The notes under the pieces are model-generated. The model did not search any database and was not told the origin of the DNA. It saw nothing but the letters and a program-made list of their open reading frames with translations. Both the position numbers and the translations under genes were made by a program. A DNA stretch of 64,000 nucleotides from Deinococcales bacterium (GTDB lineage Bacteria; Deinococcota; Deinococci; Deinococcales; JAAFIG01): contig JANXTZ010000081.1 in NCBI GenBank assembly GCA_025352125.1, forward strand, positions 34,297 to 98,296. Reading direction: 5' to 3'. Below, piece by piece: positions 1 through 9,746 of this stretch (positions within the stretch are counted from its first letter, which is position 1; every line of letters starts with the position of its first letter).

Positions 1-2162
1 TTCTTAAACTCGACATCGCGGCGGCGCTCGAGGTGGCGGGCGTGGTCACGGTCATTGTTGAAAGTGATATTCCAGGCGAGAACAACACGGGCGCGGTCAA
101 ACACGACGAGCCACTGCTCTCGAGTGACGTGATGTATCACGGTCAAGCCCTGGCGTGGGTGATTGCCGAGACCGACGATGCGGCTCGAGCGGGCGCAGCA
201 AGAATTAAGCCCCAGTACGAAATCCTCGAGCCAATTTTGGGCATTCAAAACGCGATCAACGCGCATTCCTATCACACCGAACCACTGAGGATTTTGCGCG
301 GCAACCCAGACACAATTCTTGAGAAAACCACGACGCTCGAGGGCGAAATTTTGGTCGGCGGGCAAGACCATTTTTACCTCGAGACGCAAGCCAGCCTGGC
401 GTTTCTGGACGAGGACGGCTGCATGGTCGTTCATTCGAGCACCCAACACCCATCTGAAACCCAGGCGGTTGTGGCGCACGTGCTCGGTTGGGCGCGTCAC
501 AAGGTCAGTGTGCAAGCCTTGCGCATGGGTGGCGGCTTCGGTGGCAAGGAGTCCCAAGCCAATCCTTACGCGGCGCTGGCGGCACTCGCGGCGCTCAAAA
601 CCAGACGCCCCGTTCGGGTGCGACTCACCAGGCACATTGACATGCAACTGACCGGAAAGCGCCACCCGATGCTGGGCAAATACCGTGTTGGCTTTGATGT
701 GACTGGCAAACTCGAGGCGTTGCACCTCGAGATTTACGCCGACGGCGGTTGGAGTTTGGACTTGTCTGAAGCCATTGTTTCCCGCGCCATGTTTCACTGC
801 GACAACGCCTATTTTATCCCGAACCTGATGGTCAAAGGTTTTGTTTGCAAGACCAACGTCACCTCGCACACGGCGTTTCGTGGTTTTGGCGGACCGCAGG
901 GCATGGTCTTGATCGAAGACATTCTGGACAGGGTCGCTCGAGCCGTGAAAAAGCGCCCTGAAGTGGTGCGAGAACTCAATTTTTACAACGAAAATTCCCT
1001 CGATCAGCACACCACGCATTACGGGCAAACAATTTCGGACGTGCGAATCGGGAACATCTGGAACACTTTAAAAACCTCGAGCGACTTTGAAAACCGTCAA
1101 CTCGAGATTGAGAATTTTAATGCCAGTCACCCGTTCTTAAAGCGCGGCATGGCGATCACGCCCGTCAAATTTGGCATCAGTTTTACCACCACTTTTCTCA
1201 ATCAAGCTGGTGCGCTCGTGCTGATTTACAGCGACGGCAGCGTGCAAGTCAACCACGGCGGCACAGAAATGGGACAAGGTTTGCACACCAAAATCGCGCA
1301 GATTGCCGCGCAAACCCTGGGTGTCAACCTCGAGCGAATCCGCGTGATGCCGACCCGCACCGACAAAGTGCCGAACACCAGCGCCACCGCCGCCTCGAGC
1401 GGCACGGATTTGAACGGTGCAGCCGTGAAAAATGCTTGCGAAATTCTGCGCGAACGACTCGAGCACGTCGCTGCCGAAATGCTCAAATGCCCGAGCGACG
1501 AGGTGCGCTTTGAAAATGGTTTTGCGGTACACCTCAAGCAAAAACTCGAGTTTGAAAAAGTGGTCATGAAAGCCTATCTTGAACGGGTTTCGCTTTTCAG
1601 TACAGGATTTTTTCGCACGCCAGAAATTCATTACGACAAGGTTGCTGGACGCGGCGAACCGTTTCGGTACTTTGCCTGGGGCGCATCCGTCAGCGAGGTC
1701 GAGATTGATTCCTTAACCGGCATGTGGCATCTGCGCCGCAGTGATATCTTGCACGATTGCGGCGACAGCATCAACCCGCTTGTGGACCGTGGACAGGTCG
1801 AGGGCGGTTTTGTTCAAGGCATGGGCTGGCTGACGATGGAAGAACTGGTTTGGGACGACACCGGCAAGCTTCGCACCTTCGCGCCGAGCACCTACAAAAT
1901 CCCGACCCTCGCCGACATCCCACTCGAGTTTCACGTTTCACTTCTGCCTCGAGCCACGGAGGAGAAAGCCGTGTTCGGTTCCAAAGCCGTGGGCGAACCA
2001 CCGCTCATGCTCGCCATCAGCGTCAGGGAAGCGTTAAAAGACGCCATCTCGAGCTTTGGGGGGCTGGAGGTCAAGTTGGCTGCCCCAAGCACGCCAGAGG
2101 CGATTTTGGACGCGATAGAAATAGTGAAAGATGCCGCTCGAGAAATTGTGATGTCTTTGTAG
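1..2162 (+). CDS. xdhB: xanthine dehydrogenase molybdopterin-binding large subunit, 5'-truncated by window edge
   Basis: ORF 33..2162 remains open to base 3 in the same frame (LKLDIAAALEVAGVV...). It has XDH/aldehyde-oxidase family signatures (GGGFGGKE, TAFRGFGGPQG, GTEMGQGLHTK, SKAVGEPP), and xdhC lies downstream. Confidence 0.9.
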   Translation, partial: LKLDIAAALEVAGVVTVIVESDIPGENNTGAVKHDEPLLSSDVMYHGQALAWVIAETDDAARAGAARIKPQYEILEPILGIQNAINAHSYHTEPLRILRGNPDTILEKTTTLEGEILVGGQDHFYLETQASLAFLDEDGCMVVHSSTQHPSETQAVVAHVLGWARHKVSVQALRMGGGFGGKESQANPYAALAALAALKTRRPVRVRLTRHIDMQLTGKRHPMLGKYRVGFDVTGKLEALHLEIYADGGWSLDLSEAIVSRAMFHCDNAYFIPNLMVKGFVCKTNVTSHTAFRGFGGPQGMVLIEDILDRVARAVKKRPEVVRELNFYNENSLDQHTTHYGQTISDVRIGNIWNTLKTSSDFENRQLEIENFNASHPFLKRGMAITPVKFGISFTTTFLNQAGALVLIYSDGSVQVNHGGTEMGQGLHTKIAQIAAQTLGVNLERIRVMPTRTDKVPNTSATAASSGTDLNGAAVKNACEILRERLEHVAAEMLKCPSDEVRFENGFAVHLKQKLEFEKVVMKAYLERVSLFSTGFFRTPEIHYDKVAGRGEPFRYFAWGASVSEVEIDSLTGMWHLRRSDILHDCGDSINPLVDRGQVEGGFVQGMGWLTMEELVWDDTGKLRTFAPSTYKIPTLADIPLEFHVSLLPRATEEKAVFGSKAVGEPPLMLAISVREALKDAISSFGGLEVKLAAPSTPEAILDAIEIVKDAAREIVMSL

Positions 2163-2191
2163 CTACAATATGATATACTTTTTAGCGAACC

Positions 2192-2454
2192 ATGTTTGAC
2201 TGGGATGACTTCAACATTGACCACATCGCAGAGCACAACGTCAGCCCAGAAGAAGCTGAACAAAAGCCGTGCTTGACCCTGATCGGATCGTAACAGAAGC
2301 TTACAACTCAAGCAACGAAAAACGCAAAGCCATTGTCGGAAAAACCCTTGATGGACGTTATTTAACAGTTGTCTTGACTGTGCGAAATGGTTTGTTTCGG
2401 GTGATTACCGCTCGAGATTCAAACGGCACAGAAAAACGTCGGTTCAGAAGGTAA
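2192..2454 (+). pseudogene. brnT: BrnT-like (DUF497) toxin, split by a -1 frameshift
   Basis: ATG at 2192 gives MFDWDDFNIDHIAEHNVSPEEAEQK, then a stop at 2291. The rest of the family sequence (VLDPDRIVTEAYNSSNEKRKAIVGKTLDGRYLTVVLTVRNGLFRVITARDSNGTEKRRF) continues in another frame from 2269. The join lies at the A-run caaaag (2261-2266); one extra A would restore a single ORF of about 87 aa. Confidence 0.7.
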
Positions 2455-2457
2455 AAC

Positions 2458-2772
2458 ATGAAAATAAAAATCATCCAAAAGCTTGATGAAATTCCGCAAG
2501 GCATGACCGAAGCTCAGGAGCACGAATTCTGGAAAACACATGGTTTTGGTGACGCGCTGTTAAAACCATCATCAGAAGTCATTGACGACTTCGAGTTGCC
2601 AGCACCCAGACAAGCAAAAGCCAGTCACCCAACCAGTTTAAGGCTGGATGAGGACACAACAAAACGTTTGAAATACCTTGCCCACTTAAAGCACTTGCCT
2701 TATCAATCATTGCTGAAAACTTTTGTTCAGGAACGTCTTTACGAAGAAGAAAAACGCATGGGCATTGTTTGA
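2458..2772 (+). CDS. brnA: BrnA-like antitoxin (ribbon-helix-helix C-terminus)
   Basis: 104-aa ORF starting 4 nt after brnT. Its C-terminal SLRLDEDTTKRLKYLAHLKHLPYQSLLKTFVQERL matches the BrnA/CopG-type antitoxin pattern. Confidence 0.75.
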   Translation: MKIKIIQKLDEIPQGMTEAQEHEFWKTHGFGDALLKPSSEVIDDFELPAPRQAKASHPTSLRLDEDTTKRLKYLAHLKHLPYQSLLKTFVQERLYEEEKRMGIV

Positions 2773-3584
2773 CCTGGCTCGAGGCGATTTGTGCATTGCA
2801 AGAACGGGGTGAACCTTGCGTCATTGTCACAGTCGCCAGTGTTCGGGGTCACAGTCCAAGGTCGGCGGGGGCGAAAATGATCGTGGCTCGAGACTCGGTT
2901 TTTGGCAGTGTGGGCGGTGGGAATCTCGAGGCGGTGGCGGTCAAAAAAGCGAGGGTCATGCTGGAAAATGGTGCTCGGGTTCCAGAAGTTCTTGAGGTGC
3001 TGCTGACCGAAAAAGCCCAAGCCGAATTTGGGGTGCAATGCTGCGGCGGAGAGGTGGTATTGTTGTTCGAGCCGATGATTCCAGAACGATCTCAAGTGGC
3101 AATTTTTGGTGTGGGTCACGTTGGACTGGCACTCACCAAAATACTGTCGGCGTTACCGCTCGAGCTTTTACTGTCCGACTCTCGAAGTGAAATGCTGGAA
3201 GCGAACCGCTTCACGGAATTCTCGGGTGTCGCCCAGATTCGCACGTTTCGCTATCCGCACCCGTCACCAGAATTTGTCATGAATGAACTGAAACCTGGCG
3301 GGTTTGTGCTGATTTTGACGCATGACCACCGCGAAGACCTGACGATTCTCGAGACGGCACTGCACCGCGCAGACCTCAAATACATTGGTCTGATTGGCTC
3401 GAGTGCAAAATGGACGCGGTTTCAAGCGCAGCTCAAAGCCAGGGGATTTACCGATGTAGACTTGGCTCGAGTGACCACACCGATTGGTGTTGCTGGCATT
3501 CGCGGCAAGCAACCCGAAGTGATCGCCATTGCGGTTGGGGCGCAACTGTTGACGATGCTCGAGTTCGTTGAAAACCTGGGTTGA
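2769..3584 (+). CDS. xdhC: xanthine dehydrogenase accessory/maturation protein XdhC
   Basis: XdhC/CoxI-family N-terminus (CVIVTVASVRGHSPRSAGAKMIV) and a Rossmann-like C-domain (VAIFGVGHVG). The TTG start overlaps the brnA stop (TTGA). Confidence 0.85.
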   Translation: MTWLEAICALQERGEPCVIVTVASVRGHSPRSAGAKMIVARDSVFGSVGGGNLEAVAVKKARVMLENGARVPEVLEVLLTEKAQAEFGVQCCGGEVVLLFEPMIPERSQVAIFGVGHVGLALTKILSALPLELLLSDSRSEMLEANRFTEFSGVAQIRTFRYPHPSPEFVMNELKPGGFVLILTHDHREDLTILETALHRADLKYIGLIGSSAKWTRFQAQLKARGFTDVDLARVTTPIGVAGIRGKQPEVIAIAVGAQLLTMLEFVENLG

Positions 3585-3771
3585 GAGGTGCTCGAGTTAC
3601 CTTTCAAATTTAAGGATGGCATCATGAACAATCAAAACCTGCCATTTTGTGAACGGCACAACCCGCATCAATCTTGGGGTTTGGATTTGCTGCCAAATGG
3701 TTTCGTGGCACGCTGACAGGATTTAAACCCCTGCCCTCGTCGCTCGAGAATACTCATTTGGAGGTTTTTTC

Positions 3772-4869
3772 ATGTCAAACCGTTTCGCTGTCAATCCCGA
3801 TATCACCGCCGCCAGCACGCTGCCCGCCAATTTTTACAAAGATGCCAGTGTTTTTGAACTGGTGAGAGAAAAAGTTTTTGCCCGTTCCTGGCAGTTCGTT
3901 GGCGATACCGACCACCTCAAAGCCCCAGGTTCGGTTGCGCCGTTCACGCTTCTCGAGGGTTGCCTCGACGAACCCTTGCTTGCCACCAGGGACTTCAACG
4001 ACGGGCTTCACGTTTTGAGCAACGTTTGCACGCACCGCAGCATGTTGGTTGCTGAAACGGGCGGCAATGACCGCTTCCTGCGCTGTCGCTATCACGGGCG
4101 GCGTTACGGTTTGGACGGTTGCTTTCAAGCCATGCCCGAGTTCGAGCAAGCCAAAAATTTCCCCAGTCCCAGCGATAACCTGGCAAAAGTGCCGTTTGCC
4201 ACCTGGGGGAAAGGCAAATTCTTATTCTCGAGCTTAAACCCGAGCGTGAGCTTTGAAGAGGTCATGAAACCAATCAACGACCGCCTGGGGTGGTTGCCCT
4301 TGCAAGACTTCTTGCTCGAGCCTGATTACGGACGCGATTATTTGATTCAAGCCAATTGGGCGCTGTACTGCGACAATTACCTGGAAGGGTTTCATATTCC
4401 GTTCGTTCACGCCAGTTTAAATTCGTTGATCGATTACGAAAATTACAGTTCCGAAATTTTTTCGCATTGCAATTTGCAACTCGCGCCAGCCGGCAGTGAT
4501 GATCTGGTGTTTGACCTGCCAAAAGAGTCGCCAGATTACGGCAAACGAATTGCCGCGTATTATTTCTGGGTGTTTCCGAACCTGATGTTCAACTTTTACC
4601 CCTGGGGCGTCAGCATCAACGTGGTGCGCCCCTTGGGGCAGGAACTGACCAAGGTCAGTTTTATTCAGTACGTCTGGGATCACAAAAAGTACGGGCAGGG
4701 TGCGGGCGCAAGGCTAGACCGCGTCGAGCGCGAGGATGAGGTGATTGTCCAAGCCGTGCAACGCGGCGTCAAATCACGGTTTTACAACACGGGGCGTTTC
4801 AGTCCCAAACGCGAACAGGGCGTGCACCACTTTCACACGCTTCTATCAAAAGCCTTGGAACAAGATTAG
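3772..4869 (+). CDS. Rieske [2Fe-2S] non-heme iron oxygenase alpha subunit (choline-monooxygenase-like family)
   Basis: Rieske motif CTHR-x16-CRYH. GGAGG lies 8 nt upstream of the ATG. Substrate not inferable. Confidence 0.8.
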   Translation: MSNRFAVNPDITAASTLPANFYKDASVFELVREKVFARSWQFVGDTDHLKAPGSVAPFTLLEGCLDEPLLATRDFNDGLHVLSNVCTHRSMLVAETGGNDRFLRCRYHGRRYGLDGCFQAMPEFEQAKNFPSPSDNLAKVPFATWGKGKFLFSSLNPSVSFEEVMKPINDRLGWLPLQDFLLEPDYGRDYLIQANWALYCDNYLEGFHIPFVHASLNSLIDYENYSSEIFSHCNLQLAPAGSDDLVFDLPKESPDYGKRIAAYYFWVFPNLMFNFYPWGVSINVVRPLGQELTKVSFIQYVWDHKKYGQGAGARLDRVEREDEVIVQAVQRGVKSRFYNTGRFSPKREQGVHHFHTLLSKALEQD

Positions 4870-4969
4870 CGCCGCAACTCGAGCCTCAACATTGAAGATT
4901 CTTTCAGCGCGATTGCACAGGCTCGAGATTCCTAGTATTCTGAGCGGGCAATATTTCAGGAGGAATGAC

Positions 4970-5818
4970 ATGAAAACGAAAGTGTTGATGGCTTTGGGTT
5001 TGGCTGCCGTGACCGCGCTGGGTTTGGGACTCTCGAGCGCCCAGGATGCGATGGCGGCTTCAAAATACGGCAATTGCACGGTCACGGGCAAAATGGGCGA
5101 TCCTGCCAAGTTCACGCCAGCCGTGGCGGGTCAACTGACGGTTGAAGTCAACTTGCCGGCTCCAGGTTGGTACAACGGCGACACCCCAGAATTGATCAAG
5201 GACGGTGCAGAATATTGTTTGGCGGCGAACATCGCGCACCGCTTGGGACTCGAGAAACTGGTCGTGAAAAACGTGGCTTGGGACGGCTTGGTGGCGGGTC
5301 AAACCAAGGATTTCGATTTGGCACTCAGCCAGATTTCGATCACCAAAGAACGCCAAAAAGTTGTGGAATTCAGCACGCCGTACTTCACTTCTGATGCTGG
5401 CGTGATGGTCAAAAAAGGCAAGAAAATTGACGAAATGAACATCAAGGGTTTGCGTTGGGGCGTGCAACAAGGCACAACGGGCGAATCGTTCGCCACCAAA
5501 ACCTTAAAAATTGCCAAGGTCAAGGTTTTCCCCGACACCCCAAGCATGTTTGCGGCATTGCAGGCGGGTCAGATTGACCTTGCCATGACCGACACCTCGA
5601 TCTTGATGGCGCAAGCCAAGCAATCAAACGGCAAGTTTGAGGTGGTTGCCCAGTACAAAACCGGTGAGGCTTACGGCGCGTTGTTCCCCAAAGGCAATGC
5701 CAACAACAAAGCCGTCAACAAAGTCATCGAAAGCTTGATTAAGGATTCAACCGTGCGCAAGCTGGTGGCAAAATACATGAGCATCGATCCAATGTCGGTC
5801 AAATACTTCCGCCCGTAA
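4970..5818 (+). CDS. amino-acid ABC transporter substrate-binding protein
   Basis: The internal ATG at 4970 is preceded by AGGAGG and encodes a signal peptide (MKTKVLMALGLAAVTALGLGLSSAQ). Family-3 solute-binding-like sequence. The upstream part of ORF 4745.. overlaps the previous gene and looks non-coding. Confidence 0.85.
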   Translation: MKTKVLMALGLAAVTALGLGLSSAQDAMAASKYGNCTVTGKMGDPAKFTPAVAGQLTVEVNLPAPGWYNGDTPELIKDGAEYCLAANIAHRLGLEKLVVKNVAWDGLVAGQTKDFDLALSQISITKERQKVVEFSTPYFTSDAGVMVKKGKKIDEMNIKGLRWGVQQGTTGESFATKTLKIAKVKVFPDTPSMFAALQAGQIDLAMTDTSILMAQAKQSNGKFEVVAQYKTGEAYGALFPKGNANNKAVNKVIESLIKDSTVRKLVAKYMSIDPMSVKYFRP

Positions 5819-5832
5819 AAGATTGAACAGGC

Positions 5833-5866
5833 AACCCCCAACCTCAAGTTTTGGTTGGGGGTTTTG
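5833..5866 (+). terminator. intrinsic terminator/attenuator between binding-protein and permease genes
   Basis: Perfect 11-bp stem aacccccaacc / ggttgggggtt followed by TTTT. Confidence 0.7.
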
Positions 5867-5952
5867 ATGCTCGAGCTTGAGGCGTTGCCGTCCGATTCGT
5901 GGTAAAACACAATGCGACATGAAGACCCTCAAACCGAATAATCTTCAAATCA

Positions 5953-7095
5953 ATGCGGGTCACTATGAGTGACTCGGCTCGAGAATCACGTTTTCGCAAG
6001 CCATCAATTCCACCCAATGTGTTGCCGTTCTCCTTGGTGGCGGTGGTGTTGTGCGCCGCGACGGTGCTGATTTGCTGGTCTGTGCTGCAATTTTTACGCT
6101 TCACACTCGAGAAGAACAAAATCGGCTCTGGCTTGTTTGACGCGATCATGGTGCTGGTGGGTTTGATTCCGCTGGCATTGTTTGTTCCAGCCATTCGCGG
6201 CGTGCGAGAAGCCATGCAAGCCCAATCTGCGCTGCGCAGTAACGATCTGATCACCGCTCGAGTCAAAACCGCCAGCGCTCAAAGCTCGAGTTGGTTCGCG
6301 CTGGGATACGGGGTGTTTGCGGTTTTAACCGCCGTCGCCGTCTGGTTCTTGATCACCAACGATGTCGCCGTGGGCAGCACGTTCTTTAAAATGTCTCTGA
6401 TTGTCGATAAATTCGGATTGGTCTTAAAAGCCTTCACGACCAACGTGGTTATTTTTTGCATCGCCGAGGTCTTGATTCTGGTCTGGGCGCTGGTCGTGGC
6501 GATTGCCCGCATGATTCCAGGTCGGGCAGGGCAGCCGATTCGCCTGCTGGCAACCTTGTACACCGATGCCTTTCGCGGCTTGCCGAGCATCATCACGATT
6601 TACCTGGTGGGTTTTGGCTTGCCTTTAACGGGTTTGACCGACGGTTTGAGTTCTTTCTTGCAAGCCAAATTTGGCATCGATGACCTGACCACGCTCTGGG
6701 CAATTATTGCCCTGACCCTGACCTACGGCGCATACGTCGCCGAGGTCTACCGCGCCGGCATTGAAAGCATTCACCCCAGCCAGTTTGCTGCCGCGCGAAG
6801 CCTGGGGCTTTCGTTCACCCAGACCATGCGCTTTGTGATCGTGCCGCAAGCCATTCGGCGCATCATTCCGCCGCTCTTGAACGACTTTATTGGCTTGCAA
6901 AAAGACACGGCACTGGTCAACGTCATCGGCACGATTGACGCGTTCAACCAATCCAAAATGCTTGCCAGCAATTACTTCAACCTGTCCACCGTCACGATAG
7001 TCGCGTTTTTGTTCGTCATCATCACCATTCCGCAGGCGCGTTTTGTGGACAGGATGCTCGAGAATGATGCGAAAAAAACCAGGGGAGCACGATGA
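5953..7095 (+). CDS. amino-acid ABC transporter permease (His/Glu/Gln/Arg/opine family) with long N-terminal membrane extension
   Basis: Multiple TM segments and a conserved permease loop AARSLGLSFTQTMRFVIVPQAIRRIIPPL. The stop overlaps the next gene's start. Confidence 0.85.
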   Translation: MRVTMSDSARESRFRKPSIPPNVLPFSLVAVVLCAATVLICWSVLQFLRFTLEKNKIGSGLFDAIMVLVGLIPLALFVPAIRGVREAMQAQSALRSNDLITARVKTASAQSSSWFALGYGVFAVLTAVAVWFLITNDVAVGSTFFKMSLIVDKFGLVLKAFTTNVVIFCIAEVLILVWALVVAIARMIPGRAGQPIRLLATLYTDAFRGLPSIITIYLVGFGLPLTGLTDGLSSFLQAKFGIDDLTTLWAIIALTLTYGAYVAEVYRAGIESIHPSQFAAARSLGLSFTQTMRFVIVPQAIRRIIPPLLNDFIGLQKDTALVNVIGTIDAFNQSKMLASNYFNLSTVTIVAFLFVIITIPQARFVDRMLENDAKKTRGAR

Positions 7096-7835
7096 GTTTT
7101 CTCGAGATCAACGATGTGCACAAGCGTTACGGCAATGTCGAGGTGTTGCGCGGCATCAATTTGAACGTCGAGGAGCATCAGGTCGTGTGTCTGATCGGAC
7201 CTTCGGGCTGCGGTAAAAGCACGCTCTTGCGCTGCATCAACGGACTCGAGGACATCACGCTCGGCGAAATTCGGATCAACGATGACCGCGTGTCCGGTCC
7301 TGGCGTGGATGTCAACCGTTTGCGCCGCGATGTTGGGATTGTGTTTCAAAGCTTCAATTTGTTCCCGCACATGAACGTCATGGACAACCTGACGCTCGCG
7401 CCGCGACAAGTCCTCAAAATGTCCAAGTTGGAGTCCGAACAACGCGCACTCGAATTGCTGAAACGCGTCAGGATGGATCACAAGGCATTGGCGTACCCCG
7501 ACCAACTCTCGGGCGGTCAGCAACAACGCATCGCCATCGCCAGGGCTTTGGCGATGGAACCGATGGTGATGCTGCTGGACGAAATCACCTCGGCACTCGA
7601 CCCAGAACTGGTGAGTGAAGTCTTGAACATCGTGCGCGAACTGGCTCAGGAAGGCATGACCATGCTCTTGGCAACCCACGAGATGGGCTTTGCCAAGGAA
7701 GTCTCGAGCAAGGTTTGCTTTTTGTACAACGGCGTGGTGCATGAAGAGGGAGCGCCAGCCCAGATTTTCAGCGATCCGCAGAATGAACGGACGCAACAGT
7801 TTTTGAAAAGCATCATTGAAGCCGGACGGTTGTGA
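7092..7835 (+). CDS. amino-acid ABC transporter ATP-binding protein
   Basis: Walker A GPSGCGKST, ABC signature LSGGQQQR, Walker B MLLDE. Confidence 0.95.
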   Translation: MSFLEINDVHKRYGNVEVLRGINLNVEEHQVVCLIGPSGCGKSTLLRCINGLEDITLGEIRINDDRVSGPGVDVNRLRRDVGIVFQSFNLFPHMNVMDNLTLAPRQVLKMSKLESEQRALELLKRVRMDHKALAYPDQLSGGQQQRIAIARALAMEPMVMLLDEITSALDPELVSEVLNIVRELAQEGMTMLLATHEMGFAKEVSSKVCFLYNGVVHEEGAPAQIFSDPQNERTQQFLKSIIEAGRL

Positions 7836-8554
7836 ACGATACACGCCGCCTGAATTGGGATGGTTGCTCCAACACTCGAGACTTGGGTGGTTTGGCTGAA
7901 GAGGTTCGATTTGGAGCGCTCATCCGTTCAGACAACCTGTCAAAGTTGACCGAGGCAGGAATCGCGGCTGTCGAACAGGCTGGCGTGGCATTGGTGATTG
8001 ATTTGCGATCAGCCTTTGAACTCGAGATTGAAGCCAACCCCTTCGCCACTCGAGATTCAATTGATTACCGACACTTGCCATTGATGAACGATGCCGATGA
8101 AGAGGGTCTTGAACTGGTTCAAAATGCTCGAGATGCCGCTTCCATGTACGAGGTGATGCTGGAGCGTTTCAAACCGCAGATTGCCGCGATTTTGCAAGCG
8201 ATTGCGAATGCTCCCTCAGGTGCGGTGGTGGTCCATTGTCACGCTGGAAAAGACCGAACTGGTTTGGTCGTTGCATTGATGCTGGGTTTGGTGGGTGTTC
8301 GTGGTGATGTGATTGCCCAAGATTACGCCCTCAGCGATCAATACCTGCAAACCTTGTACCAAGAAATGCTCTCCAATCAACCCGATGACGAATCTCGAGC
8401 GCAATTGGCGGCACAATTGACTTCCAAACCCGAATCCATTTTGGGTGCGTTAAAATTTCTCGAGCAGAATTTTGGAAGTCTCGAGAACCACTTAAAGGCT
8501 TGTGGTTTGGACACCAGTACCTTCGAGAAACTGCGTTCAAGGTTACTCAAGTAA
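7832..8554 (+). CDS. protein-tyrosine phosphatase family protein
   Basis: CX5R active-site loop HCHAGKDRTG. The GTG start overlaps the stop of the ABC ATPase gene (GTGA). Confidence 0.8.
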   Translation: MNDTRRLNWDGCSNTRDLGGLAEEVRFGALIRSDNLSKLTEAGIAAVEQAGVALVIDLRSAFELEIEANPFATRDSIDYRHLPLMNDADEEGLELVQNARDAASMYEVMLERFKPQIAAILQAIANAPSGAVVVHCHAGKDRTGLVVALMLGLVGVRGDVIAQDYALSDQYLQTLYQEMLSNQPDDESRAQLAAQLTSKPESILGALKFLEQNFGSLENHLKACGLDTSTFEKLRSRLLK

Positions 8555-8561
8555 TCAACGC

Positions 8562-9734
8562 TCAAATCCTCCCCAGCGCCGTCTCGAGATCGCTCCAAAG
8601 ATCATTTACATCCTCGAGTCCGACATGAATCCGCACGGTGTTTTCTGGAATTCCAAAATAATCGTAAGGGTTTAACGCGCCGCGATTCAGCAAGCCCAGC
8701 GCAATCGGAAACACCAGACTTTCATGACCGCCCCAACTGACCCCGAGCTTGAAATACTCGAGCGAATTGATGAAACGCTTGATCCCTTCACGGTCTGCAT
8801 TCAGTTCAAAACTCATCAAACCAGTGATGCCGCCCAGTTTTTTGGCGAGGTCGGCTTGGGCAAAACCCTTCAAACCAGGGCAATTGACCTTGGCAACTTT
8901 CTCGTGTCGCTCGAGTTTGCCCGCAATCTCGAGCGCACTTTTTTGGTGTGCCTCGAGTCGCAAATTTAAAGTTCGCAAACCGCGCAGCAACAACCAGCCC
9001 TCAAACGGCGAGAGCTTGCCACCCAAGACGCTGTACTCGAGGCGGTTGATCTTTTCGATGTCCGCATGTGTTCCAATGGCTATCCCCGCCACCGTGTCGC
9101 TGTGCCCGCCCAAATACTTCGAGGCGCTGTGAACCACCATGTCGATGCCGTGTTCAATCGGGCGTTGGTAGAGTGGTGTCGCCCAAGAATTATCGATGAT
9201 CGTGTAGACGCCGTGCGCTCGAGCCATGTTGGCAATGGCGCTTAAATCTTGCAAGCGAAAGACCATGCTGGTCGGATTCTCGAGGTAGAGCAGTGTTGCG
9301 CCAGGTAAGGCGGTTTGAATCGCGTTTAAATCTCGTCCGTCCACAAATTCCACCGTGATGCCGTAACGCGGGGCGAGTTGGGTGAAAAACTTGAACGCAT
9401 CTGGGTAAACGCATTCGACGCACAATACCCGCGAACCCGCCTGACACCGCGCCAGAATCGCGGTGCTGATGGCTGCCATCCCGCTCGAGAAGGCACGGGC
9501 GGCTTCACCACCCTCGAGTGCCGCCACTTTGTGCTCGAAGACTTGCACGCTGGGGTTGTTGCCCCTCGAGTACATCGGGTGTCCGTCCAGACCGAGGCTG
9601 CGGAATGAATCTTCCATCTCCTCGAAGGATTCAAAAGTAAAGAGTGAGGTTTGATAAATTGGCGGCACCACCGCACCGAAGGGATACGTGTCGTCGTGGG
9701 TCAAAATGCTGGCAACTCGAGTTGATTTGGTCAC
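8562..9734 (-). CDS. PLP-dependent trans-sulfuration family enzyme (cystathionine gamma-synthase/beta-lyase/methionine gamma-lyase family)
   Basis: Cys/Met-metabolism PLP family sequence with the PLP-lysine motif SASKYLGGHSD. Confidence 0.85.
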   Translation of the reverse strand: MTKSTRVASILTHDDTYPFGAVVPPIYQTSLFTFESFEEMEDSFRSLGLDGHPMYSRGNNPSVQVFEHKVAALEGGEAARAFSSGMAAISTAILARCQAGSRVLCVECVYPDAFKFFTQLAPRYGITVEFVDGRDLNAIQTALPGATLLYLENPTSMVFRLQDLSAIANMARAHGVYTIIDNSWATPLYQRPIEHGIDMVVHSASKYLGGHSDTVAGIAIGTHADIEKINRLEYSVLGGKLSPFEGWLLLRGLRTLNLRLEAHQKSALEIAGKLERHEKVAKVNCPGLKGFAQADLAKKLGGITGLMSFELNADREGIKRFINSLEYFKLGVSWGGHESLVFPIALGLLNRGALNPYDYFGIPENTVRIHVGLEDVNDLWSDLETALGRI

Positions 9735-9746
9735 GGTGACTCCTGG

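Noticed and set aside
4745-4969. N-terminal 75-aa extension of the amino-acid binding-protein ORF
   Set aside because: It overlaps the 3' end of the Rieske gene. The internal ATG at 4970 has AGGAGG upstream and begins a proper signal peptide.
6972-7844. 290-aa ORF on the minus strand
   Set aside because: It is fully antisense to the ABC ATPase gene, which carries Walker A/B and the LSGGQ signature. The minus-strand product has R/H/Q/A-rich junk composition typical of shadow ORFs.
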